Counted from the stretch's first letter, positions 18,346 through 30,837 are shown. The stretch: 64,000 nt of DNA from an uncultured Collinsella sp. (GCA_902469665.1 CABRDE010000060.1:22171-86170); one strand, 5' to 3'. Translations and numbers: made by a program. The notes: generated by a model not told the origin, from the letters alone.

Positions 18346-20586
18346 ATGAGGTTAAGGTTGGCGATGAATATGCTCAAAATCTCGAAGGCGATCTTTAGGT
18401 CGCTTCTCTCCTCCAGGTCGCTCTGTGTTGTCGTTGTTGCGTTGATGGTTCTTTGTGCTCTGCCCGTCTTCAGGAGCGCGGCTGGCATCGACGGACGGGT
18501 CGAATACCTCGAGTCGGGAATAACCCGTGTTGAGCAGGAATTGTCAGCATCCTATGCGGATGCGCTTGTGAATGCGGGGGAGGACGGTGTCTATACCTCT
18601 TCATCAAGCATGCCCGCGCTTCTGTACCCTCTTGCCGCGGGACGTCTTATCTTGGCACCGCTCTCTCCCCTACTTCCGTTTCTGCAGATATCGGATGGAG
18701 AGTACACCTATTATGACGGATCGAAGGAGTACTTGCTATGGGTCGCAACGGCCGTTGCCGTCTCGTTCCTTGCCGCGCGTCTTAACAAACGTGAAAAGCT
18801 CATCATCCAGGCACCGATGGGCGAGCTGGGTAGACTTGTTGCATCGAGCGTATGGGCGAGTGTTTTTGCAATGCTTGCCGTCCTCGCCATCAATCTTCCA
18901 GGGATAATCGCCGCGCTTGTGAAGAATGGCCCGGGCTCGCCGTTCTATCCGATAGGCTACATTCAATATGCGACTCCGGTTATCAAACCGGCTTGGCTGG
19001 TGTTCGCGCAGACGGCCATCTTGCAATTCTTGGTGGCAGCGTTCATCTCGCTTGTCGTTCACCTTGCCGTGAAGATTGCCAATAACCCTACGCTTGGAAT
19101 CGTGTTCGTATGTGCCCTGATGGGGGTGACGATGGTTCCCGGGTATTACGGAAGATCCATCGCTTTACGTGAGTTCGCCCTGTTGAATCCCCTTACGTAT
19201 GCGAACACTGAGTTGACCGTCGGCGCCTATAGCCCGTACCCGACAACGCAGATAGTGAATCTGCCTGGACTTTGCTTCGAGCGTGGCGCGATTGCCCTCG
19301 TATGCGCAATCGGGATCGAGGTGCTGGCAATTAGCCTGCTTTGCGTTGCTGGAAAGAGCGGCTGCGCGTGCCCGATATCCCCGATTTGTCTTGAGAGAGG
19401 TTCCTTCACTGCATCGAGAACGGCAACTCGTTCGAGCGCTTGTGCCTCCGCCGTTGCATACGTAAGAACGATGGGGAAACTGCTCCTGCGTTCTCCTACC
19501 CTCGCCGTATGCGCGATTGCAATGTCGACGACGATGCTGGCCCCGGCTCTGGTCGAGATGTTTCCTGACGTTGATAACGTTTCCGCTGTTCGGTATAGGG
19601 ATGGGGAGCTCCGTTCAATAGATCGGTATCTAGAGCAGAACGCTGCGAATATGGACGTCGAGGGCAAAGCGGCCCTGGAAGACATGCGGGATGCTCTTTC
19701 GGGTTTCGTGTACGCGCCTATGCCTGCGGAGGGGTTTCGAAGCCTTGCGACGTACGAGCGCGCTCGAGGTGAGCTGGGCGCGGCAGATGCGACTCTCCTG
19801 CAATCGATCGGAATCGAGCCGGAGACTCCTTCTCGTGCGGAGGCGCGCGCCCTTCTGCTTGAGTCGATCGCGAGCTTGCCGGACCCCAAGGTTTACGAGT
19901 TAAGTACGAAGATGCCCCCATTAATCCTCCTTTCGTATCTCCAGGCAGCGCTTCCCTCCTTATTTTTGCTGTTGCCCGTGGTTGTCACATCGCTCGCGTG
20001 CACCCACCTGCAGTGTCGTTCCCTTCTGGTTCTCCAGATCCCCGCAACAGCGCATGTGCGTTTTCTGACGGCTGTTGCGCTGGCTCTCCTGCTTGGCTTG
20101 GTGCTGCTTTTGGTGTCGATGGTTCCCGCTGTCGTTGTGTCCGTGATTAAGAACGGTGCGGGTGGATCGGAGTATCCCGTCGCTCTCATTCGGGCGGGAG
20201 CTTCGACAACGTCCATGGTGGGGGAGGCGGTGTTGTGCAGTATTCCGTTGCTGGTCATGGGATACGGCGTGATTTCCGTCGTCGCTGCGTTGACAGCAGC
20301 GATTAGCCGCAACCCCGTTGTCACCGGAATGGTTTGCGCGGTTCTCTTGGTGTTGGGTTCGTTGAGCGCTCATGTTGAAAGCGTGGACATGGGCGTCGCG
20401 CTGCTGGCTCCATTCGCCTCGTTTGATCCCGCTTCCCAGGTGGGGACGATTGGGTTCCTTGGGCGCGGGACGAACGCGATGCCTTTTGGAGAGGTCGTCG
20501 GCGCATCGGGCGCTCTGCTGGTGGTCTTGGGCGCCGTATCTCCGTTGATGGTGCGCCTGAGTGTTCCAAAGATCGAAAGGGGATGA
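18346..20586 (+). CDS. Large polytopic membrane protein (ABC permease-like, duplicated TM modules), possibly a bacteriocin-associated integral membrane or immunity protein
   Basis: 746 aa with two clusters of TM helices separated by a soluble domain. Its stop overlaps the start of the downstream ATPase (ATGA coupling). Confidence 0.6.
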   Translation: MRLRLAMNMLKISKAIFRSLLSSRSLCVVVVALMVLCALPVFRSAAGIDGRVEYLESGITRVEQELSASYADALVNAGEDGVYTSSSSMPALLYPLAAGRLILAPLSPLLPFLQISDGEYTYYDGSKEYLLWVATAVAVSFLAARLNKREKLIIQAPMGELGRLVASSVWASVFAMLAVLAINLPGIIAALVKNGPGSPFYPIGYIQYATPVIKPAWLVFAQTAILQFLVAAFISLVVHLAVKIANNPTLGIVFVCALMGVTMVPGYYGRSIALREFALLNPLTYANTELTVGAYSPYPTTQIVNLPGLCFERGAIALVCAIGIEVLAISLLCVAGKSGCACPISPICLERGSFTASRTATRSSACASAVAYVRTMGKLLLRSPTLAVCAIAMSTTMLAPALVEMFPDVDNVSAVRYRDGELRSIDRYLEQNAANMDVEGKAALEDMRDALSGFVYAPMPAEGFRSLATYERARGELGAADATLLQSIGIEPETPSRAEARALLLESIASLPDPKVYELSTKMPPLILLSYLQAALPSLFLLLPVVVTSLACTHLQCRSLLVLQIPATAHVRFLTAVALALLLGLVLLLVSMVPAVVVSVIKNGAGGSEYPVALIRAGASTTSMVGEAVLCSIPLLVMGYGVISVVAALTAAISRNPVVTGMVCAVLLVLGSLSAHVESVDMGVALLAPFASFDPASQVGTIGFLGRGTNAMPFGEVVGASGALLVVLGAVSPLMVRLSVPKIERG

Positions 20587-21332
20587 TCTCGATGATTGAC
20601 CTTCAAACGCTGACGATCTCTTATGGAAAGAAGGTGCTCGTAGATTCGGTGAACGCTGAGTTTGCCCCGGGTACGGTCTACGGTCTCGTCGCTCCGAACG
20701 GGCATGGAAAGACGACGTTGCTGCGTGCGATGGCAGGTTTGCCGGGTCCTCGCGTGGACGGGAGCATCGTTCTGGATGAGGTGCAGGGTACGGGTGCGAG
20801 AGAGGTCCGTTCTATGATCTTCTATGCACCTGGTGAGGGGACGCTGCTGTATCCCGAATTGCGTGCGGAAGATCACCTCAAGATGGTTTGCGATATGTGG
20901 CCGCATGCTCGCGATATCGAAGAGATAGTGGAACAAACGCAGATAGGCGAGTTCGCGAAGATGAGGATCCGCACTCTGAGCCAGGGCATGAAGCAGCAGC
21001 TTACCCTGGCGATTGCGTATGCGACGGGCGCGCGGTACCTTCTATTAGATGAGCCCATGAACGCGCTCGACCCCAGCAGGGTGGACTTGCATTCCGAGAT
21101 TCTCAGGAAGCTGGCCGATTCTGGTACGTGCATCATCATGTCATCCCACATCTTGGATTCGGTCGATAGGCTGTGCGATGAGATTCTGTTTTTGAAGGAT
21201 GGGAGGCTCATTAGAAGCATTCCGCAAGATGATGCTGCGCCGAAGTCTCCTGGATCCCATTTCGCAAAGCCTGCCGGACGCGCCGAGGGTGCGCTAAGCA
21301 CGTATCGGCGACTCTACGAAAAGGGCGGGTAG
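20583..21332 (+). CDS. ABC transporter ATP-binding protein with atypical motifs
   Basis: Walker A APNGHGKTT, signature LSQGMKQQ, Walker B LLLDEP. Confidence 0.8.
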   Translation: MISMIDLQTLTISYGKKVLVDSVNAEFAPGTVYGLVAPNGHGKTTLLRAMAGLPGPRVDGSIVLDEVQGTGAREVRSMIFYAPGEGTLLYPELRAEDHLKMVCDMWPHARDIEEIVEQTQIGEFAKMRIRTLSQGMKQQLTLAIAYATGARYLLLDEPMNALDPSRVDLHSEILRKLADSGTCIIMSSHILDSVDRLCDEILFLKDGRLIRSIPQDDAAPKSPGSHFAKPAGRAEGALSTYRRLYEKGG

Positions 21333-21485
21333 AAATGCAAGTTAAAAATCTATGTGGCCAATGTGATACCGTTGAACCCGCATATCGATACCGCTCAGCC
21401 ATTCGCCTCGCCCCCGTCGCACGTATCTTCATCCGGTCTGTTACTTTTAATCTAACAATTCTTTGAGGAACGTAGGTGCTTCTAA

Positions 21486-23300
21486 ATGTACTGTCGACTT
21501 CTTCTCAAACTAATCCTAAGAGACAAGGCCGTATGGATTTGTACGCTCGTTCTCGCTGCAGCCTTCTCCATCCCCATTGCGTTCAATTCACCCATCTACG
21601 GGCCCTTCTTTATGAAACAGGGCATGCAGAGCTTTGTCGACGCATTCAATACGCGCGCGCCCCAGGCCAGCGGCACAGACCTATCGCCAGAGCAGCAAAA
21701 TGACGCGGAGCTTGCAAGATACGCGAACGCCGCCCTCGCCGCCCAAACCGACGCCGCCTTTCTCGATTCTGCCGAGAGCTACTACGCGCTCATGGACGAA
21801 GGCTTCCAATCCGGGTCCATCGTGGGAGACCGAGAGACCAATGACGCAGACCTCGCGTATTGCCGTGCCCTGAGCAGCTCCGGCATCACGGATATCCCGG
21901 CCTCCGCAAGCGACCTGCCATTCCTTTCCTTCCTGCCTTACGCCATTGCCACGGCGCCGTCCTTCCTTCCCTTCATCCCCTTCCTTCTCTCGTCGATACT
22001 CGTGCTCGGCGCCACAAGGCCCGGGACCCTGACGGCAAAGGCGCCCGTGCCCAAATTCCGGCGCCTTATCCAAACCGTGTTTTCGATAATTGGCGCGGGG
22101 ACCGCGATGCTCCTCGCCGGCCTTGCGCCCGGGGGTATTTACGCCTTGGCCCTAAACGGCTTCGGGCAGATCGGGTACCCGATCGCCTTCTTCCATGACG
22201 GCGCGCTCACTACCACGACCGCGGGAAACGTCTTCACGACCATACTTCTCGCGCTGCTCGCGGGTGGAACCTTGATATCCGTTTGTTCCGTCGTCCTATC
22301 GACCGCAACGAGACGCGTCTTCGCGGGCCCCCTTGCCTCCGCGTTGCTTGTCGCGGCCCCGGCATTCCCGTTATTGTCCGATTCGGCACTAGGGCATAAC
22401 GCCGCGCTCAATCTCCTGCCGCTGGCCGTGTTCTCGCCTATCGAGGCAACGGGTTACGTGGGATGCTTCCCGACGGAATTCATTGGCTCCGGTTCAGGCA
22501 GCTCATCGATGCTTGCCGTGGCCCTGGCATACGTCGCGGTCTTTTTTGCGGTCGGCGCCGTTGCGGCACGTTCCCCCAAACAGCCTGGACCCGCGAAAAA
22601 GCACCATGGGCTCGAGCTCCTGGACGCGAGCGTGGGATACGGGAGCACGACGATACTTTCAATCGGGTCGCTTTTCCTGAGCCCGGGAACGGCGGCGGGC
22701 CTCGTTGCTCCCAACGGCTCGGGGAAAACCACCCTTCTTGAAGCGCTGTCGGGCCAATTTCCCACCCGCATCCGCTCGGGAAGCCTGGCGGCAGACGGAA
22801 TCTGCCAACGCCGATCAGCCGAATTCGCAGAACTCGTCTACCTGAGCTCTTCAGGCGGCACGGATCTCTATCCCACGCTATCGGCCATCGAGCACCTTGC
22901 TTTCGTTAGGGAGGCGTGGAAATCGGCCGCCGACATCGACTCGCTCTGCGACTCCCTCGGAATCTCCCCATATCTCGACAAGCCGACCCGTAAACTCTCG
23001 ACAGGAATGAAGCAGCAGGTAAAGCTTGCCATGGCGATATCGACCGGTTGCCCGTACCTCATCCTCGATGAACCGCTGAACGGCCTCGATCCGGGAAAGC
23101 GGAAAACCTCCTGCGACGCGATGCGCAGCGAGGTGGCGCGGGGACGAAGCGTGCTCATTTCAAGCCATCTGCTCGACGACCTGGCAGACCTTACCAACTC
23201 GTTCTACTTCATCGAGGCCGGCACGCTCGTGGAAAAGATCAAGTCGTCCTCGCAGACGCTCAAGCAGGAATACCTCGATACATACGAGGGAGGCGAATGA
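21486..23300 (+). CDS. Fused ABC permease / ATP-binding protein, paralogous to the upstream ATPase
   Basis: N-terminal roughly 370 aa form a TM domain. The C-terminal ATPase has APNGSGKTT, LSTGMKQQ and LILDEP. Rare codons (CTA, AGA) occur at the 5' end. Confidence 0.7.
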   Translation: MYCRLLLKLILRDKAVWICTLVLAAAFSIPIAFNSPIYGPFFMKQGMQSFVDAFNTRAPQASGTDLSPEQQNDAELARYANAALAAQTDAAFLDSAESYYALMDEGFQSGSIVGDRETNDADLAYCRALSSSGITDIPASASDLPFLSFLPYAIATAPSFLPFIPFLLSSILVLGATRPGTLTAKAPVPKFRRLIQTVFSIIGAGTAMLLAGLAPGGIYALALNGFGQIGYPIAFFHDGALTTTTAGNVFTTILLALLAGGTLISVCSVVLSTATRRVFAGPLASALLVAAPAFPLLSDSALGHNAALNLLPLAVFSPIEATGYVGCFPTEFIGSGSGSSSMLAVALAYVAVFFAVGAVAARSPKQPGPAKKHHGLELLDASVGYGSTTILSIGSLFLSPGTAAGLVAPNGSGKTTLLEALSGQFPTRIRSGSLAADGICQRRSAEFAELVYLSSSGGTDLYPTLSAIEHLAFVREAWKSAADIDSLCDSLGISPYLDKPTRKLSTGMKQQVKLAMAISTGCPYLILDEPLNGLDPGKRKTSCDAMRSEVARGRSVLISSHLLDDLADLTNSFYFIEAGTLVEKIKSSSQTLKQEYLDTYEGGE

Positions 23301-23301
23301 C

Positions 23302-23646
23302 ATGAAACTATTTGAACAGCTGAAGTCCAATGCGTCGCGCATGGCTGTCTACGCCATCCTCGTGGCAACGGCTTTATGCGGAATCGCGGCACCCGTCTAT
23401 GCGCTCAACGGGGAGAAAGACGATGTCGAACCCGCGTACATGGCTTCGACGGTTAAAGACCGGTACAAAGCCTTCTCTGGAGACGCGTTTTACGTAGCAG
23501 AGTACGACACGACCTACCGTGAGCTTCGCTACAACAAGAGATACGAATATCTAGGCGCAAAAGTAATCAGCTATACATCGGGTTGGTACGGCCCCAACTA
23601 TGGACACATAACCCAGTTCAAGTGTAACTACCGTGTGTACAACTAA
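23302..23646 (+). CDS. Small Sec-secreted protein, Tyr/Gly/Asn-rich; candidate bacteriocin
   Basis: 114 aa. Signal peptide MKLFEQLKSNASRMAVYAILVATALCGIAAPVYA with an AxA-like cleavage site. The mature part is about 80 aa. GAGGGAGG RBS is present, and the start overlaps the stop of the permease-ATPase gene. Confidence 0.6.
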   Translation: MKLFEQLKSNASRMAVYAILVATALCGIAAPVYALNGEKDDVEPAYMASTVKDRYKAFSGDAFYVAEYDTTYRELRYNKRYEYLGAKVISYTSGWYGPNYGHITQFKCNYRVYN

Positions 23647-23661
23647 AGCAACCCGGCCGGG

Positions 23662-23697
23662 ACGAGGGGTGACGCAAAAGCGTCGCCCCTCGTTTTT
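23662..23697 (+). terminator. Intrinsic terminator after the secreted-protein gene
   Basis: Perfect hairpin ACGAGGGGTGACGC-aaaa-GCGTCGCCCCTCGT followed by T5. Confidence 0.9.
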
Positions 23698-23726
23698 AAC
23701 CATGTCAACTGAACCTAGTTCAGTTT

Positions 23727-23793
23727 GGTTGATTTCCGATCTCAGCCGAACACATTGAGCGGAAAGGCCGTTCCCGCAGTCAGTCGAACGTCC
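23727..23793 (+). repeat. Right copy of the roughly 67 bp direct repeat, candidate attR
   Basis: Matches 16514-16580 with 3 mismatches, in the same orientation. Confidence 0.75.
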
Positions 23794-24014
23794 CCGGGGC
23801 CCTTCTCAGGCCCCGGGGACGGCATTTTCCCAGTTGAAGGAACGGTGGAGATATGTTTCGATGGGTCAGATTCGTGTCGTTCCGAAAAGACCGTGAACCT
23901 TTTGTGGGACACGCGGCGCCGTGGTACCATAGCCGAGTTTGTTGTCTTGGTCGGAAACCAAGACGCCTTATGCGCTGATCGGTAACCAGCGCCTGACCAA
24001 TAAGGAGTCCTACC

Positions 24015-24440
24015 ATGAAGCAGGGTATCCATCCCCAGTATGTCGAGTGCACGGTGACGTGCTCCTGCGGCAACACCTTCAAGACGCACGCTACCGTGTC
24101 CGAGATGAAGGTCGAGCTTTGCAACGAGTGCCACCCGTTCTACACCGGCCAGCAGAAGTTCGTCGACACCGGTGGACGCGTCCAGCGCTTCGCCGACAAG
24201 TTCGGTGGCGCCGCTGCCGCCCAGCTCAAGAAGGCTGAGGAGGCCAAGGCTGCCAAGGCCGCCAAGGCTGCTGAGGCCGAGGCTGCTCGCAAGGCCGCCG
24301 CTGAGGCTAAGGCTGCCGAGAAGGCTAAGCGTGCCGCTAAGTTCGCCGAGGAGGCTGCCAAGCAGGCCGCCGAGGCTCCCGCAGAGGCTCCCGTCGAGGA
24401 GGCCGCTGCCGAGGCCGAGACCACCGAGGCCGCTGAGTAA
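24015..24440 (+). CDS. rpmE: 50S ribosomal protein L31 (Zn-ribbon type) with a roughly 75 aa Ala/Lys/Glu-rich C-terminal extension
   Basis: N-terminus [22 protein letters not shown]...[24 protein letters not shown] is canonical L31 with CxC...CxxC. An [35 protein letters not shown] tail follows. Confidence 0.9.
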   Translation: MKQGIHPQYVECTVTCSCGNTFKTHATVSEMKVELCNECHPFYTGQQKFVDTGGRVQRFADKFGGAAAAQLKKAEEAKAAKAAKAAEAEAARKAAAEAKAAEKAKRAAKFAEEAAKQAAEAPAEAPVEEAAAEAETTEAAE

Positions 24441-24477
24441 ATAGCTCGCCGCGGAATCGCTCGCATTCATGGCATAA

Positions 24478-24517
24478 GGGCCGTGCATCCGTTTGGGTGC
24501 GCGGCCCTTTTCTTTTT
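24478..24517 (+). terminator. Intrinsic terminator after rpmE
   Basis: Hairpin GGGCCGTGCATCCG-ttt-GGGTGCGCGGCCC followed by TTTTCTTTTT. The inner GCATCCGTTTGGGTGCGC module recurs at 28868-28897. Confidence 0.8.
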
Positions 24518-24610
24518 ATTGGTGCAGGCTAACCCGTTCCCATTGCACCAGATTGGTGCGAAGGGGACGGGTTGGTTTGCACCAAATGGCAGAGTGACGG
24601 CGTTTTCCCA

Positions 24611-24651
24611 GATAAAACCTGCCAAAATAAACCAGTCCCTTTTTGGCAGGT
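24611..24651 (+). repeat. 40 bp palindromic element (GATAAAACCTGCCAAAATAAACCAGTCCCTTTTTGGCAGGT)
   Basis: 11 bp perfect inverted arms ACCTGCCAAAA / TTTTGGCAGGT. A near-identical copy lies at 36818-36858. Confidence 0.7.
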
Positions 24652-24786
24652 CGGTCGGGTCGTAGTTATTACGTGGCGGCCGAGGTCGACCGTATAGGCC
24701 GCGTCCTGTTTGGCTAAAGTACATTTATCTGTGTTTAACTCGCCCGAGGCTGCATGGCGTGGGCGATGGCCAAAAAGGAAAACCAC

Positions 24787-27593
<2,807 letters not shown>

Positions 27594-27594
<1 letters not shown>

Positions 27595-28742
27595 TGGCTG
27601 AGGCTTTAGAGGTAACGCCCGCCGAGCTGGACGCGTTTGCGGACCGGCTCGGCGAGGTCGAGTCGTATCTCCACCTGGACGAGAAGCGTACCCGCGTGTT
27701 CGAGCTCGAGGCCAAAAGTGTTGCCCCTGGCTTTTGGGATGACGCCGACGCCGCCCGTGCCACCATGGAGGAGATCGCGCGCACCAAGGAAGATATCGCT
27801 GCCGTGGACACCGCGCGCGGCGAGCTTTCCGATGCCCGCGCCGCGCTGGAGCTTGCCGAGGAGATGGGGGATGACCCCGACGCCGCCGCCCTTCGCGAGG
27901 AGGCTGCAGCCACGGCTGAGCGCCTGGCCCGTGCCATCGATGAGCTTGAGCTTTCGAGCTGGTTTACCGGTGAGTTCGATCACGGCGATGCCATTGTGAC
28001 CATCAAGCCCGGACAGGGTGGTCTGGAGGCCCAGGACTGGACCTTCATGCTCTTTAAGATGTACATGAAGTACTGCCAGCGTCGCGGCTGGAAGGTCACC
28101 ATCAACGACTGTCCCGCGGCCGAGGTCATCGGCATTGACCGTGCGACCTTTACCGTCGAGGGCAAGGACGCATTTGGCATGCTGCGCGCCGAGGCCGGCG
28201 TCCACCGCTTGGTTCGCATTAGCCCCACCGACGACAAGAAGCGCCGCCAGACCACGTTTGCCGGCGTCGAGGTCATCCCCGTGCTACCCGATGATATCGA
28301 CATCGAGATCAGTCCCGATGACATCCGCGTGGACGTGTACCACGCGAGCGGCCCGGGCGGTCAGGGCGTCAACACCACCGACTCCGCCGTGCGCGTGACG
28401 CATTTTCCCAGCGGCATTGTGGTCACCTGCCAAAACGAGCGCAGCCAGATTCAGAACAAGGCCGCGTGCATGCAGATCCTCAAGGCTCGCCTGTACGAGA
28501 TTGAGCTCGAGAAGCGCGCCGAGGCGCTCGATGAGATCCGCGGACCCAAGACCACGATTGGTTTTGGCAACCAGATTCGCAGCTACGTGCTCTACCCGTA
28601 CCAGATGGTCAAGGACTTACGCACGGGCGTGGAGACCAGCAATGTCGAGGCCGTCCTTGACGATGGCGACCTGGACCCGTTTGTTATTGGCTACCATCGC
28701 TGGGCTACCGGCAACGCCGATGCAGAAGGCTCGGAGGTCTAA
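27594..28742 (+). CDS. prfB: Peptide chain release factor 2, read as a single ORF with no programmed frameshift
   Basis: GGQ motif and overall RF2 similarity. The tripeptide anticodon region reads SPT rather than the canonical SPF. The start overlaps the secA stop (TAATG). Confidence 0.88.
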
Positions 28743-28805
28743 AACATCGGGTGGCTTCAAGCCGATGCCAAGCCCAACGGTTGGACGGGTTTGTATCCAG
28801 AATAA

Positions 28806-28826
28806 ACCCTGCGCAGGGGTGGTTTT
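28806..28826 (+). terminator. Intrinsic terminator after prfB
   Basis: Palindrome CCCTGCGCAGGG followed by GTGGTTTTT. Confidence 0.65.
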
Positions 28827-28907
28827 TGTCCGGCGAATCGGTAGAATCGAATACAAGAAGAAGTTCAAAGCGCATCCGTTTGGGTGCGCTTTTTTGAGGG
28901 AGGCAGC

Positions 28908-29798
28908 ATGGCATATCGTCTGGACATCAAGCGCATTCTTTCGATGAACTTCTTTCACGACCTGCCCCAGATCATGTTGGGGTGTGCCTTGGCCGCCATC
29001 GCGACCGACTTGTTTTTGATTCCCAACGGTCTTGCCGCCGGTGGCGTTACGGGCCTTGCCACCATTATCCAGGCGGTCGGCGCGGCGCGCGGCCTATCGC
29101 TTCCCGTTGGTATTCAGACGATCGTGATGAACGCCTTGCTGTTGTTGGTCGTTATGCGCGAGGGCGGCATGTTCTACGTGGTGCAGACCGCGACGGGCTT
29201 TGTGCTGCTGGGCTTCTTTACCGATCTGTTCGCCCCGTTTGTAGCACCTCTGGCGGATGCGGACCTGATGCTCCCTGCCATGTGGGGCGGCATTATTACG
29301 GGCATCGGTTACGGCATGGTGTTGCGCGCCGGCGCCAACACCGGCGGCTCGGACACGATTGGCCAAATCATCTCGCGTAACACCTCGCTGCCGGTGGGCT
29401 CGACCGTCATGGCGATCGATGTTGCCGTATGCGCGCTATCGGCTCCGGTCTTTTCAATCGAAAACGCACTGTATGCAGGCCTTTCGATGGTCATTAGCGG
29501 CTACGTGATCGATGCCGTGGTCGATGGTGGCAACAAACGCCGTATGGTACTCATCATCTCGGACAAGTTCCCTGATATCGCTGCCGATATCATGTATGGC
29601 CTGGGTCGTGGTTGTACCAAGTTTAAGGCGACTGGCATGTATTCGGGTGCCGAGAAGCCGGTGATTATGGTCATCGTGAGCCGTCGAGAGCTCAATACCC
29701 TCAAGACGATCGTGCGCGAGCGCGATCCTCACGCCATTGTGACGGTCGCTGACGTTACGGAAGCCTTCGGCGAGGGATTCAAGGACATTAGCGCGTAG
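28908..29798 (+). CDS. YitT-family (DUF161/DUF2179) membrane protein
   Basis: Multi-TM N-terminal part and a C-terminal DUF2179-like domain. GGGAGG RBS is present. Confidence 0.7.
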   Translation: MAYRLDIKRILSMNFFHDLPQIMLGCALAAIATDLFLIPNGLAAGGVTGLATIIQAVGAARGLSLPVGIQTIVMNALLLLVVMREGGMFYVVQTATGFVLLGFFTDLFAPFVAPLADADLMLPAMWGGIITGIGYGMVLRAGANTGGSDTIGQIISRNTSLPVGSTVMAIDVAVCALSAPVFSIENALYAGLSMVISGYVIDAVVDGGNKRRMVLIISDKFPDIAADIMYGLGRGCTKFKATGMYSGAEKPVIMVIVSRRELNTLKTIVRERDPHAIVTVADVTEAFGEGFKDISA

Positions 29799-30005
29799 GG
29801 TCGATCGCGTTCCATCCAAAAGACGTTCACATTGATAAACCGTTTCATCAGCGGTTCTGCCTGCTAAATTGTTCAAATAATGATAAAAACTCTGGTAAAG
29901 CCATCAGTTTCCAGCATAATGAATGACGTACGTGCATTGCGGCTGTGTTGGGATTACCTTCGGTGCCGTGCGCATTTTGTCTAATGAGGATGAAAGGAAG
30001 GCACA

Positions 30006-30836
30006 ATGAGCGACGAAGAGCTCAAAAAGGTTGCCAACGAGGTAAGGAAGGGCATCGTCACCGGCGTGCACGCTGCCAAGTCCGGCCATCCGGGCGGTTC
30101 GCTCGGCGCTGCCGACATCATGACCTATCTGTACTTTGAGGAAATGAACGTCGACCCGGCCGATCCCCGCAAGGCCGATCGCGACCGTTTTGTGCTCTCC
30201 AAGGGCCATTGCGCTCCGGGCCTGTACGCCGTGCTCGCCGAGCGTGGGTTCTTCCCCAAGGAGGATCTCGAGACGCTGCGCCATATCGGCAGCCACCTGC
30301 AAGGTCATCCCAACATGAACGACACCCCGGGCGTCGATATGTCCACCGGCTCGCTGGGCCAGGGCATCTCCGCCGCCGTGGGCATGGCGGTTGCCGCCAA
30401 GCACTGGGGCGATACTTACCGCACGTACGCCCTGCTGGGTGATGGCGAGAGCGAGGAGGGCCAGGTCTGGGAGGCAGCCATGTTTGCCGGCAACCAGCAG
30501 CTCGATAACCTCTGCGTGATCGTCGACCACAACGGCCTGCAGATCGACGGCCCCGTCGAGGAGGTCAACGACCCCATGCCGCTCGCCGACAAGTTCCGCG
30601 CCTTTAAGTTCCACGTGGTGGAGCTTGCCGACGGCAACGATTTCGATCAGATCCGCGCCGCCTTTGCCGAGGCCCGCGCCACCAAGGGTCAGCCGACCGC
30701 CATCATCGCCGAGACCATGAAGGGCAAGGGCGTTTCCTTTATGGAGAACCAGGTTGGTTGGCACGGCAAGGCCCCCAACGATGAACAGTTTGAGCAGGCC
30801 ATGGCAGAGCTCACGGCCGCCGGAGAGGAGCTCTAG
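30006..30836 (+). CDS. Transketolase, N-terminal (TPP-binding) subunit
   Basis: GHPGGSLGAADI and GDGESEEGQVWEA motifs. Part of a split tkt. Confidence 0.9.
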   Translation: MSDEELKKVANEVRKGIVTGVHAAKSGHPGGSLGAADIMTYLYFEEMNVDPADPRKADRDRFVLSKGHCAPGLYAVLAERGFFPKEDLETLRHIGSHLQGHPNMNDTPGVDMSTGSLGQGISAAVGMAVAAKHWGDTYRTYALLGDGESEEGQVWEAAMFAGNQQLDNLCVIVDHNGLQIDGPVEEVNDPMPLADKFRAFKFHVVELADGNDFDQIRAAFAEARATKGQPTAIIAETMKGKGVSFMENQVGWHGKAPNDEQFEQAMAELTAAGEEL

Positions 30837-30837
30837 G

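Larger units (their letters stand above)
16514..23793. mobile_element. Putative degraded integrative genomic island bounded by direct repeats
   Basis: Direct repeats flank the block, an integrase remnant abuts the left repeat, AT-richer stretches and rare codons occur inside, and core genes lie on both sides (ACT/citrate synthase operon and rpmE-secA). Confidence 0.5.

Noticed and set aside
29799-30005. TPP riboswitch upstream of transketolase.
   Set aside because: The region is AT-rich with a small palindrome (AAACCGTTTCATCAGCGGTT). It lacks the conserved CUGAGA / ACCUGAUCUGGNUAAUACCAGCG core of the TPP aptamer.
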